A stretch of DNA of 49,297 nt from Minisyncoccia bacterium (GTDB lineage: Bacteria; Patescibacteriota; Minisyncoccia; 2-02-FULL-40-12; IGHO2-01-FULL-4-A), in NCBI GenBank assembly GCA_050015375.1, contig JBEKBN010000007.1, forward strand, positions 1 through 49,297, read 5' to 3'. How positions within the stretch are numbered: the first letter of the stretch is position 1; each line of letters opens with the position of its first letter. Under the pieces are notes generated by a model. That model saw only the letters and a list, made by a program, of their open reading frames with translations. It had not been told where the DNA came from and searched no databases. Below are positions 26,035-34,531 of the stretch, piece by piece. The position numbers and the translations under genes were made by a program.

Positions 26035-27327
26035 ATGGGCAGGATAAAATCTTTCTGGAGAAATTTAGGTCCGGGCCTTGTTGCCGGCGCCGCTGATGAT
26101 GATCCGTCCGGTATCGCGACCTATTCCATTGCCGGCGCTAAGTTCGGTCTGGGCGCTTTATGGACCGCTTTATATACTTTGCCGTTCATCATCATCATCC
26201 AGAGAATGGCCGGCCGGATCGGGCTCATTTCCGGCAAAGGAATGGCCGCTAATATGAAAAGATTTTATCCCAGGTGGATCCTCATCTTCGTCGCCATATT
26301 AATCCTCTTCGCGAACATTGTTAACATCGGCGCGGATATTTCCGGCATGTCGGCGGCTTCGGCGGTTTTGATGCCAAGCGTCTCGCCTATTTTTTTGGCG
26401 ATATTGATCCCGGGGGTCATCACTTTGATGCTTGTCGTTTCATCCTATCGGACGATGGTCAAATATTTGAAATGGATCGCCATGGTCATGCTGGCGTATG
26501 TCTTGGCGGTTTTTTTCATAAAAATGGATTGGCCGGCGGTTCTTTTTCGGGCGGTGGTTCCTGACATCAAATTTACGAAAGATTATTTGTTGATGATGAT
26601 CGCTGTTTTCGGCACGACGATCTCGCCCTATCTTTTTTTCTGGCAAGCGTCCGAGTCCGTCGAGGAAGAGCAATTCCGCACGCAAACAAACCCAGAGCTG
26701 GCGACAATGATTCCGGCCACCGAGCCACACATGACTCATCGCGACCAGAAAATAATCGGCGGGGAGATTGGTTCAATGTATAGAGATGTTCGTTACGGCA
26801 TGATATTCTCCAATGTCATCACTTTTTTCATAATTGCGTTATGCTCGGCGACGCTTTTCAAAAACGGCGCCGTCAATGTCAGCACGATGCAGGAAGTCGC
26901 CTCGGTTTTGAAACCTTTGGCTGGTTCGTATTCAAATTTCTTGTTTATGATAGGAATCCTGGCGGCTGGCGCGATCGCGATTCCGGTTTTGGCTGGTTCA
27001 GCGGCATATATTATCGCTGAAATGTTTAATTGGAAGTGGGGATTTTCCAAGCCGTTTCATCGAGCCAGACAATTTTATCTGGTTATTATCATAGCCACCG
27101 CGCTCGGCGTTGCCATTCCTCTTTTGAAACTCAGCCCGGTATCAATCCTTTTTTACACCGCGGTGATTTACGGGTTCATCTCGCCGTTTCTTGTCGCCAT
27201 GCTTATCCACATGGCCAATAATCCTCGGATCATGGGCCAATACACCAGCCGTCCTCTTTCCAATGTCATCGCATACATTCTCTTCATCATCATGGCCGGC
27301 AGTTCGATTCTGATGCTGGTGTTGTAA
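26035..27327 (+). CDS. mntH: NRAMP family divalent metal transporter
   Basis: GPGLVAGAADDDPSGIATYSIAGAKFG and 11-12 TM helices. Confidence 0.88.
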   Translation: MGRIKSFWRNLGPGLVAGAADDDPSGIATYSIAGAKFGLGALWTALYTLPFIIIIQRMAGRIGLISGKGMAANMKRFYPRWILIFVAILILFANIVNIGADISGMSAASAVLMPSVSPIFLAILIPGVITLMLVVSSYRTMVKYLKWIAMVMLAYVLAVFFIKMDWPAVLFRAVVPDIKFTKDYLLMMIAVFGTTISPYLFFWQASESVEEEQFRTQTNPELATMIPATEPHMTHRDQKIIGGEIGSMYRDVRYGMIFSNVITFFIIALCSATLFKNGAVNVSTMQEVASVLKPLAGSYSNFLFMIGILAAGAIAIPVLAGSAAYIIAEMFNWKWGFSKPFHRARQFYLVIIIATALGVAIPLLKLSPVSILFYTAVIYGFISPFLVAMLIHMANNPRIMGQYTSRPLSNVIAYILFIIMAGSSILMLVL

Positions 27328-27328
27328 T

Positions 27329-27439
27329 ACCCCGCCTCATCTGGGGTGATAATTTTACTTAGCAATCTGACTATCTGATGCCTCGCCTGCGGCTCTGGTT
27401 ATTCTAATTTCCATGTTTTATCTCCGGAAGAGGCGGGGT
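27329..27439. repeat. 111-nt segment bounded by 10-bp inverted repeats
   Basis: accccgcctc (27329-27338) / gaggcggggt (27430-27439). Starts 2 nt after the NRAMP stop. Confidence 0.5.
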
Positions 27440-27492
27440 TATTGCTTGTTACCGGCAAATTTTTCGCTCTGCTCAAATTGCCGACAAGCAAC

Positions 27493-27515
27493 AAAAAAAC
27501 CGAGCAGATGCCCGG
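27493..27515 (-). terminator. rho-independent terminator of 27539..27790
   Basis: Minus strand: ccgggc-atct-gctcgg followed by T7. Confidence 0.6.
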
Positions 27516-27538
27516 CAGCAAATCGATAACAGACCAAT

Positions 27539-27790
27539 CTAGCGTAATAACTTACCAGTTCTTTTCGACTGGCCAACACAATTTCCGTTGGAGTCATAGA
27601 TCAGACGTTTATGACTGGGTTTAGTAACTTCTTGAACCAATAATTCTGCCTCAGCAATTGTACCACAATCTTTTACTGTTTCAATATAATCTTCTTCAAC
27701 TATACTAAATTGCTGTTCATATTCATCAATTTCAATGACTCGGAACTTTCCTTCTGGAGCTCTAAAGAAATCATGATTCCCCATTGCCAT
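27539..27790 (-). CDS. hypothetical acidic protein (83 aa)
   Basis: Complete ORF with a terminator. No recognisable domain. Confidence 0.45.
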   Translation of the reverse strand: MAMGNHDFFRAPEGKFRVIEIDEYEQQFSIVEEDYIETVKDCGTIAEAELLVQEVTKPSHKRLIYDSNGNCVGQSKRTGKLLR

Positions 27791-27867
27791 TTCTCCTCAA
27801 CAAATATTTGTTAATTGTCAAACAACAAACATATGATAGTTTATAACCACAAATTTGTCAATGCCTG

Positions 27868-27897
27868 TTGGATAAAACGCTTTTTTGGTGATACAAT
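27868..27897 (+). promoter_or_regulatory. promoter candidate for cysS (extended -10, leaderless-type spacing)
   Basis: TTGGAT, 18 nt, TGaTACAAT (27889-27897), then 7 nt to the ATG. No SD. Confidence 0.45.
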
Positions 27898-27904
27898 TTA
27901 GACA

Positions 27905-29308
27905 ATGCAAATCTACAATACCCTGACTCGGAAAAAAGAAGAATTCGCTCCGCGGGAAAAAGGCAAAGTCAAAATGTTCGTCTGCGGGCCGACGGTTTAT
28001 GATTATGTTCATATTGGAAACGCGCGGACTTTTGTGTTTTTTGATTTTGTCGTGAAGTATTTGCGTTTCAAAGGTTTTGATGTTGATTATGTCCAAAACA
28101 TCACCGACATTGACGACAAGATAATCAGCAAAGCCATCAAGGCCGGAAAAGAACCCGCCGAAATCGCCAAAACATACGAAATGGCTTTTCATGAGAATAT
28201 GAAGGCGCTGGGAGTGACATCGGTTTCAAAATACGCCCGGGCGACGGATTTCATGCCGGAAATCATTTCGCAGGTAAAACGGCTCATCGAAAACGGAAAC
28301 GCGTACAAAATTGACGGCGACGGCTGGTATTTCGACCTGAAAACATTTCCCGAATACGGCAAATTATCCGGCCGAACTATGGAGATGGCTGATGATGCCG
28401 TTTCCCGGATAGACGAAAATGAGAACAAGCATAATCGTGGCGATTTTTGCCTATGGAAACTAAGCAAGGACGGGGAACCAACATGGGATGGTGGCAGGTT
28501 TGGCGCCGGTCGCCCAGGTTGGCACATTGAAGACACGGCAATAACCGAGAAGTTTTTCGGTCCGCAATACGACATCCATGGCGGCGGACAGGACTTGATG
28601 TTCCCCCACCATGAAGCCGAGATCGCCCAGCAATGCTCGGCTTCGGGAATTGAAGCCAAAGATTTCGTAAAATTCTGGATGCACACCGGAATGCTTGTCA
28701 ACAAAGAACAAAAAATGTCCAAATCCACCGGTAATTTCATGACCCTGAATGATGCCTTGAAAAAATATTCTCCGGAAGTTTTGAGATTTTATTTTTTCAG
28801 TTCGCATTATCGATCACAACTGGATTATAGTATTGACAATCTGAAATCTGCCGAGGCAGCCATTCAAGGACTTTATGAAATTGATTGGCGATTGCAACAT
28901 CTTGATTTACCGAAACGAGTTGAATCATCGGAAGCAGTTGAATCGGTTAGGACATTTGAACATGATTTTGTCGAATCTGTGGATGATGATTTTAATATTC
29001 CACGTGCTGTTGCTGCAATTTTTGAACTGGTCAAGAAAATTAATAAATGTATGGATTTGGCCGGTGTTTCAAAAGAGCAAGCATTACAAGTTAAACAATC
29101 TTTGTTTAGAACTGCTGGAAATTTATTAGGGATAGTACCTAATGTTGGTTTCTTGCTCCCCGGAACAACACAAACCTTAATTGATATTCGTCAAAAGGCC
29201 AGAGAAAATAAAGATTTTGCGACAGCTGATAAATTACGCAAGGAAATATCCAGTCTTGGTTACCAAATCGACGATACACCCTACGGCCCTTTAATCAAGA
29301 AAAAGTAG
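27905..29308 (+). CDS. cysS: cysteine--tRNA ligase
   Basis: CGPTVYDYVHIGNART (HIGH) and KMSKSTGN (KMSKS). Confidence 0.95.
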   Translation: MQIYNTLTRKKEEFAPREKGKVKMFVCGPTVYDYVHIGNARTFVFFDFVVKYLRFKGFDVDYVQNITDIDDKIISKAIKAGKEPAEIAKTYEMAFHENMKALGVTSVSKYARATDFMPEIISQVKRLIENGNAYKIDGDGWYFDLKTFPEYGKLSGRTMEMADDAVSRIDENENKHNRGDFCLWKLSKDGEPTWDGGRFGAGRPGWHIEDTAITEKFFGPQYDIHGGGQDLMFPHHEAEIAQQCSASGIEAKDFVKFWMHTGMLVNKEQKMSKSTGNFMTLNDALKKYSPEVLRFYFFSSHYRSQLDYSIDNLKSAEAAIQGLYEIDWRLQHLDLPKRVESSEAVESVRTFEHDFVESVDDDFNIPRAVAAIFELVKKINKCMDLAGVSKEQALQVKQSLFRTAGNLLGIVPNVGFLLPGTTQTLIDIRQKARENKDFATADKLRKEISSLGYQIDDTPYGPLIKKK

Positions 29309-29399
29309 GTAAAAACCATATGGTTATTATCTACTTCTTCTTTGGTTCACATCTTATCAACCGCTCGTCAACTTTGCCGAATTGAAACTATTTGAGATA

Positions 29400-30764
29400 A
29401 TGTTCGGTATGCCTCAAGCCAACGGGAAAATCGCCGACAAACTCCCTCCCCAAAACATCGAAGCCGAGAAATCGCTTATTGGGTCTTTGCTTCTGGACAA
29501 AGAATCCATAAATAAAGTGGTGGATTTTTTGCGGCCGGAGGATTTTTACAGCCGGAATCATCAGCTCATTTACGAATCTATCGTTAAATTATTCGAGAAA
29601 CAGGAGCCGATAGACCTTTTGAGTTTGTCGAACTGCCTCGGCGATAGCGGTCATCTTGAAACCATTGGCGGTATCGGTTATTTGACCTCGCTGGTGAATT
29701 CCGTGCCCTCGGCGGCCCATGTCAGCCATTACGGCAAAATCGTCCAGCGCAAAAAAATTCTCCGTGATCTGATCGACACGGCTCATCACATCATCGGTCT
29801 TGGTTATCAGGAAGATGAGGATACGGATGTTTTACTCGATCAGGCCGAACAAAAATTATTCGCCGTTTCCCAGCGCTCCATCACCCAGCAGTTCATGCCC
29901 ATTGGCGCGGCTTTGCATGAAGCATTCGAACGTTTGGATAATTTGCACAAGGGCGACGGAACGATGCGTGGCGTACCAACGGGATTCACCGATCTTGATA
30001 ATATTATTGCCGGCTTGCAAAAATCCGACTTGATAGTTCTTGGCGCCAGACCGTCATTGGGCAAAAGCACGCTGGCCATGGATATCGCCCGCAATGTCGC
30101 CAAAGCCACCGAACTGCCGGTGGGCGTCTTCACTCTTGAAATGTCGAAGGATCAGGTCATTGACCGCTTGCTGGCCGCCGAAGCCGGTGTCAGTTTGTGG
30201 AAAATGAGAACCGGAAAATTGTCGTCGGAGGGCGATGATAATGATTTTGAAAAGATCCAAAACGCTCTTGATTCGCTTTCAAAAGTCAATATTTTCATTG
30301 ATGACGCGTCGTCGCCGACAGTTTTGCAGATTCGGGCCATGGCCCGGCGATTGCAATCGGAAAAGGGGCTTGGTTTGATAATTGTTGATTATCTTCAATT
30401 GATCCAGCCGACCCGCGCCTATGATAGTCCGGTTACCCAAATAACAGAAATCTCGAGAAACCTGAAGGGTCTTGCCCGCGAACTTAATGTGCCGGTTTTG
30501 GCCGTGTCGCAATTGTCCCGCGGTTTGGAGGGCCGACCCGACCAACGGCCGAAACTTTCCGACTTGCGCGAAAGCGGCGCCATTGAGCAGGACGCGGACA
30601 TGGTTTTGTTCATTTACCGCGAAGATCGGGTCAAGCGCGACTCGGAAAAGAAAAATATCGCCGAGATAATCGTCGCCAAGCACAGAAACGGTCCGACCGG
30701 CATGGTAGAATTGTATTTTGACGAGGACAGGGTTTCGTTCAAAAACCTCGCAAAGAATTTTTGA
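29400..30764 (+). CDS. dnaB: replicative DNA helicase DnaB
   Basis: PPQNIEAEKSLIGSLL, GARPSLGKST (Walker A), IVDYLQL, SQLSR. Start is uncertain (ATG 29400 or 29409). Confidence 0.93.
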   Translation: MFGMPQANGKIADKLPPQNIEAEKSLIGSLLLDKESINKVVDFLRPEDFYSRNHQLIYESIVKLFEKQEPIDLLSLSNCLGDSGHLETIGGIGYLTSLVNSVPSAAHVSHYGKIVQRKKILRDLIDTAHHIIGLGYQEDEDTDVLLDQAEQKLFAVSQRSITQQFMPIGAALHEAFERLDNLHKGDGTMRGVPTGFTDLDNIIAGLQKSDLIVLGARPSLGKSTLAMDIARNVAKATELPVGVFTLEMSKDQVIDRLLAAEAGVSLWKMRTGKLSSEGDDNDFEKIQNALDSLSKVNIFIDDASSPTVLQIRAMARRLQSEKGLGLIIVDYLQLIQPTRAYDSPVTQITEISRNLKGLARELNVPVLAVSQLSRGLEGRPDQRPKLSDLRESGAIEQDADMVLFIYREDRVKRDSEKKNIAEIIVAKHRNGPTGMVELYFDEDRVSFKNLAKNF

Positions 30765-31360
30765 TGACAAATAAATTCAGATTATTGGCAAAGCAACTAT
30801 CCAAACTCCCCGGCATCGGGCCGCGCCAAGCGATGCGGCTGGTTTTGGCGATGGTTGAGTGGCCGAAACCAGAAGTCCAAGCGTTGGCTGACGCTTTGGC
30901 TGAGATCACGAACGGGCCGGTCTTGTGCAAGCAATGTTTTAATTTTACCGATGATGAGCTTTGTCATATTTGCGCCAGCCACCGGCGCGATCAGACAAAA
31001 ATAGCCGTTGTCGAAAAAATTACCGATCTGGAATCAATGGAAAAAGCCAGCGTGTTTCAGGGTGTTTATCATGTTCTTGGCGGCGTTATAAATCCGGCGG
31101 AGGGAATTTTGCCGGAAAAATTGAAGATCAAGGAATTAAAAGAAAGAATTCACAAATTAATGAAATTAACGCCGGATATTGAGCTCATCATCGCCACCAA
31201 TCCCAATGCCGAGGGCGAAACCACGGCAAAATATCTTGAAGAAGAATTGAAATCGTCAGGCGTCAAAACCACTCGTCTCGCCCGCGGTCTTTCCGCCGGC
31301 AGTTCTCTTGAATATGCCGACGAGACGACGCTGGCAAATGCGCTGAAAAATAGGCGCTGA
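30764..31360 (+). CDS. recR: recombination protein RecR
   Basis: LPGIGPRQAMRL (HhH), C..C..C.IC zinc finger and a Toprim segment. The ATG overlaps the dnaB stop. Confidence 0.93.
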   Translation: MTNKFRLLAKQLSKLPGIGPRQAMRLVLAMVEWPKPEVQALADALAEITNGPVLCKQCFNFTDDELCHICASHRRDQTKIAVVEKITDLESMEKASVFQGVYHVLGGVINPAEGILPEKLKIKELKERIHKLMKLTPDIELIIATNPNAEGETTAKYLEEELKSSGVKTTRLARGLSAGSSLEYADETTLANALKNRR

Positions 31361-31395
31361 ATTGTTTTTGAAATCTCTCTACCAATTTCTCCCAT

Positions 31396-31543
31396 AGCTC
31401 GCCAATATGGCTTTTGCGGACTTAGGAAATCCCAGCGAGATTTCCGTCATCCGGTTGTCGGATGCCGTTGTCGTTTTTTGATTACAAAAACCGAACCGTG
31501 CCAACGGCACCGACAACGGCCGCCCGAGCCATATTGGTGAGCT
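31396..31543 (-). repeat. type-A structured repeat (family sense on minus strand)
   Basis: Arms agctcgccaatatgg/ccatattggtgagct. CCCAGCGA at 31431-31438 and CCGTGC at 31496-31501. The reverse complement closely matches 42121-42225. Confidence 0.75.
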
Positions 31544-31602
31544 GTTGTTCGGGAGGAATTATTGAAGATTTCAAAAAAACAATTTTTTTGGTTATCCAAT
31601 GT

Positions 31603-31635
31603 AAAAGCCCCCGCATCCTTTCGGAATTGGGGGCT
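31603..31635 (-). terminator. rho-independent terminator of 31657..32169
   Basis: Minus strand: agccccc...gggggct followed by TTTT. Confidence 0.6.
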
Positions 31636-31656
31636 GGAAGCAAGCAGTCGTTGAAG

Positions 31657-32169
31657 CTAAATGCAGGGTTGAAGTTGGGAATGATTGAAGGTCTGAATCG
31701 CACCCGGCACCTGATGATGCGCGGTTCGGCAACATGAATAATCATCGCCATCTCGAGACAGAACCCTGAACCGGTAAGTGGGAGTCCCGACAAAAACCAG
31801 CTGTTTGACCGCGAATACATTCGGGACAATCGGCTTTGGTTTTTCCGGTTTGACTTTCGCGATAACAGCCTTCAGCTGAACCGGTTTCGGTTGAACCCCC
31901 GCCTTATTTGAACCAAACGAATTCGGCATTTCTTGTTTCAAGTTCCGTTGTAGAACTTGCAGGTCTGCAGGATCGGCCTGCGGTTTCGGTTCTCTGGCCT
32001 TTGGTAATGTCGCCGGTAAATTAGCGATCGAGCCGCCGTTGGGACGCCTGCCGATGATACGCTCGATATTCGCTGCCGTCAGAGGCATAAACCTGGGCCT
32101 CTTTTTGTTAGCGACAACGCAACTGGTAATCACCGCCAGCAATGCAAGAACGATACAGATCGGAATCAT
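31657..32169 (-). CDS. membrane-anchored Pro/Lys-rich hypothetical protein
   Basis: ATG 32169 lies 4 nt after GGAGGA. N-terminal TM helix IPICIVLALLAVITSCVV. Confidence 0.5.
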   Translation of the reverse strand: MIPICIVLALLAVITSCVVANKKRPRFMPLTAANIERIIGRRPNGGSIANLPATLPKAREPKPQADPADLQVLQRNLKQEMPNSFGSNKAGVQPKPVQLKAVIAKVKPEKPKPIVPNVFAVKQLVFVGTPTYRFRVLSRDGDDYSCCRTAHHQVPGAIQTFNHSQLQPCI

Positions 32170-32292
32170 ATCTTCCTCCAAATGGCCTTATTGGCCTAGT
32201 TTAAGGTGCAAATCCCTAAAAAACATCGTATGCTTCCATCATACCATTATATACCCCCGCTGTCAATAGCACGGCAAAATCACCAAAAAAAA

Positions 32293-32316
32293 GAAAAAAC
32301 CCGGAATAAATCCGGG
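32293..32316 (-). terminator. rho-independent terminator of 32318..32833
   Basis: Minus strand: cccgga-tttatt-ccggg followed by a T-run. Confidence 0.65.
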
Positions 32317-32317
32317 C

Positions 32318-32833
32318 TTAACTGACTTTGTGACGGCCGATGCTTGAACGGGCACTGGTATAAGCAAACGGTATTGCAGGAATGAGAAGCCAGACAGAAT
32401 TGACGCCCATGGCTTCATAAAAATACAACCCTGTGAAGCCGACGACAACTGCCGCGTAATATCCCCTGTTACAAGCAAGAAAGAACTTATTTGCCAACTC
32501 GTTCTTGACTAAAACTACCGGCGGCCATGTGATAAGGAACAAAACGACTAATATCCAGATCATCTTCCAGCCGATAAGCGCCGAATAAAACGCTCCGGCA
32601 ATCTGACCCAATGTCAGAATAAAATCACAAATTGGATCAATTATCGTACCGGCCTTGGTCCTGGCGTTGAGGTGAACCGCAAGTAAGCCGTCCAATGTAT
32701 CCGTGCCAATCCCGATCACCGAGACGATTCCCGCCGCCAACCAATGCCTTTCCAATGCGAACAATAATACCAGTAAACCACAAGGAAATGCTCTCGACAC
32801 CGAAACCGCATTTGGAATCCAGTATTTGTTCAC
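32318..32833 (-). CDS. CDP-alcohol phosphatidyltransferase family protein
   Basis: GTDTLDGLLAVHLNARTKAGTIIDPICD approximates D-G-x2-A-R...G-x3-D-x3-D. Multi-pass membrane protein. GTG start with AAGGAGG. Confidence 0.7.
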   Translation of the reverse strand: MNKYWIPNAVSVSRAFPCGLLVLLFALERHWLAAGIVSVIGIGTDTLDGLLAVHLNARTKAGTIIDPICDFILTLGQIAGAFYSALIGWKMIWILVVLFLITWPPVVLVKNELANKFFLACNRGYYAAVVVGFTGLYFYEAMGVNSVWLLIPAIPFAYTSARSSIGRHKVS

Positions 32834-32910
32834 AAAGACCTCCTTTTCAAGATTCTGTTGTCAACTAATATAATCACATCCACATCCATCCGTCAACATT
32901 GTGGAAGGTG

Positions 32911-33135
32911 TATTTTTGACTTTCAATAATAATCCGGCGACTAGGCGAGGCGATTGTCTTTCTGGGCACGCTCAAAAGAGTGGATTGCATGGTTTGCGAG
33001 CAGTATAATGGACAAGACACTGCGAGCAAAATCCACGCTTTTGAGCGAACGAGAAATCTCGCTGGGATTTCGCGTGGTGACAAGAGAGATAATCGCCGAA
33101 GCTAGCCGGAGATTAAAAATGGAAAGTCAAAAATA
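32911..33135 (+). repeat. type-A structured repeat downstream of rplU
   Basis: Outer arms tatttttgactttc (32911-32924)/gaaagtcaaaaata (33122-33135) and ggcgattgtctt/gagataatcgcc. The core is about 94% identical to 7690-7810. GCATGG at 32987-32992, TATAAT at 33004-33009, TCGCTGGG at 33059-33066. Confidence 0.8.
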
Positions 33136-33140
33136 CCCGC

Positions 33141-33461
33141 TCACGCGGATATTTTCAGGATTTCGACTTGAGTGAACGGCTGGCGGTGGCCTTTTTTCTT
33201 TTTGTAGCGGGTTTTGTGAGTGAATTTGAAAACGATTTTTTTGTCGGCTTTGCCGTGGTTGAGCACCCTGGCTCTGACTTTGGCGCCGGCTACCAATGGC
33301 TGGCCTAGTTTCAGGTTTTCAGCAGAAGAATTGCCTATCATCAAAACTTCTTCAAAATCAAATTCCTCCCCAACCGGATGCTCCAACTTTTCAATTAAAA
33401 GCTTGTCGCCTTCAGCGACTCGATACTGTTTACCGCCAGTTTTAATTATTGCGAAAGACAT
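33141..33461 (-). CDS. rplU: 50S ribosomal protein L21
   Basis: MSFAIIKTGGKQYRVAEGDKLLIEKL. Confidence 0.95.
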   Translation of the reverse strand: MSFAIIKTGGKQYRVAEGDKLLIEKLEHPVGEEFDFEEVLMIGNSSAENLKLGQPLVAGAKVRARVLNHGKADKKIVFKFTHKTRYKKKKGHRQPFTQVEILKISA

Positions 33462-33583
33462 ATTGTTTCGTCACCTCCGGCTTGCCCCGTAGCTTCGCCT
33501 GAGGCGAATGGTACTGGGGTTTTTATGACGGCAAATGACATATTGGAAAGATAACATAATTCCGCCGGTCAAGCAATACTTGA

Positions 33584-33617
33584 CAAAAAGAGACCCCAAA
33601 AGAATTGAGGTCTCTTT
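33584..33617 (-). terminator. rho-independent terminator of the DUF378 gene
   Basis: Minus strand: aagagacc...ggtctctt followed by TTTGT. Confidence 0.6.
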
Positions 33618-33641
33618 CTCGAGATGAGATGATATAGAAAA

Positions 33642-33842
33642 TTACATCGAGCTCTGGGTATGCTCGTGTGACTTGCCCTTGAATAATATGATTATCGCCG
33701 ACAAACCTACAAGAATGTAAACTATCCGGGCCAACGTCGTACCCAGATAATCGATTACATTCAAATTGAACAAGCCAATCAACAGCCAGTTCAAACCGCC
33801 AATAACCAAAAGCCAAAAAGCGATCTTGTGTAATGCTTTCAT
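33642..33842 (-). CDS. DUF378 family small membrane protein
   Basis: IAFWLLVIGGLNWLLIGLFNLNVIDYL...IVYILVGLSAI matches the DUF378 pattern. Confidence 0.8.
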   Translation of the reverse strand: MKALHKIAFWLLVIGGLNWLLIGLFNLNVIDYLGTTLARIVYILVGLSAIIILFKGKSHEHTQSSM

Positions 33843-33978
33843 AACGCCACCTCCTTCCGTTTCCCCGCAATGCCCGCTTTGCCTTCGGAGCCAATGCGAG
33901 TTTTTAAATTATGAATCTAGCTCAATTATACCAGCCCCGCCAAAAAATCAAACTCCGAAAGTTCATAACTACGTAATA

Positions 33979-34223
33979 TGGGCAGCGCCAACCGGATTTG
34001 AACCGGTGTTACGTGGATGAGAACCACGCGTCTCCCGATTTGTCTGTGAATAGCTCAGAAACAAATCGAGAATCCTCGATTTTCATCAAATTTTTTAGCA
34101 CCGCCACCGGGATTCGAACCCGGGTTGCGTGGATGAGAACCACGTGTCCTAGACCAGGCTAGACGATAGCGGCATTAAAAAACTTGTGAAAATCAGGACT
34201 GGACCAGGCTAGACGATGGCGCC
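33979..34223 (-). pseudogene. tRNA-Glu(CUC) gene interrupted in the D arm by a 166-nt insertion
   Basis: 5' piece 34199-34223 is GGCGCCATCGTCTAGCCTGGTCCAG. 3' piece 33979-34032 is GACGCGTGG-TTCTCAT-CCACG-TAAC-ACCGGTTCAAATCCGGT-TGGCGCT-G-CCA. The acceptor halves pair (GGCGCCA/TGGCGCT) and joining the pieces restores the D stem. Confidence 0.7.
34099..34173 (-). tRNA. tRNA-Glu (anticodon CUC)
   Basis: GCCGCTA-TC-GTCTAGCCTGGTCTAGGAC-A-CGTGG-TTCTCAT-CCACG-CAAC-CCGGGTTCGAATCCCGG-TGGCGGT-G. Cloverleaf is complete; CCA is not encoded. Confidence 0.85.
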
Positions 34224-34289
34224 ATAGCAACAGAATAGCAGAATAATTTCCAATTTTCAATTTTTCTTAGAGAATCAAACAGCAAACAT

Positions 34290-34528
34290 ATCGACTCGCC
34301 GTTCGTGGCGTCTGTTGTCTCGAGGGCGCTCATTTCTGTGAGCCCGAAACTCCGGAATCTTGAGGATGAGGGCGTGATTGCATGGTCTGGAAACATCGGA
34401 AAGTTGTATAATATTTTCCTACAACTTTCCGATGTTTCCAGAATCCACAGAAATGAGCGAGACGATTTCCTCGCTGGGAAAATCGACGTCCCGAGAGGCA
34501 AAAGACGCCACGGCCATGCGAGAAATGC
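34290..34528 (+). repeat. type-A structured repeat downstream of murF
   Basis: Arms cgtggcgtct (34304-34313)/agacgccacg (34503-34512). GCATGG at 34380-34385. Hairpin ctggaaacatcggaaagttgta/tacaactttccgatgtttccag with a TATAAT loop (34407-34412). TCGCTGGG at 34471-34478. Confidence 0.8.
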
Positions 34529-34531
34529 TGA

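Noticed and set aside
33485-33524. Hairpin ccccgta...tactgggg followed by TTTTT on the + strand, upstream of rplU, considered as a terminator.
   Set aside because: No + strand gene ends here, and on the gene (minus) strand the U-run precedes the stem. It is more likely a 5' UTR structure of rplU or a type-D-like repeat.
33979-34223. Considered that the tRNA-Glu fragments mark attL/attR of an integrated element targeting a tRNA gene.
   Set aside because: Integration normally duplicates only the 3' part of the tRNA, across an element of kilobases carrying an integrase. Here a 5' piece and a 3' piece flank only 166 nt and no integrase is present.
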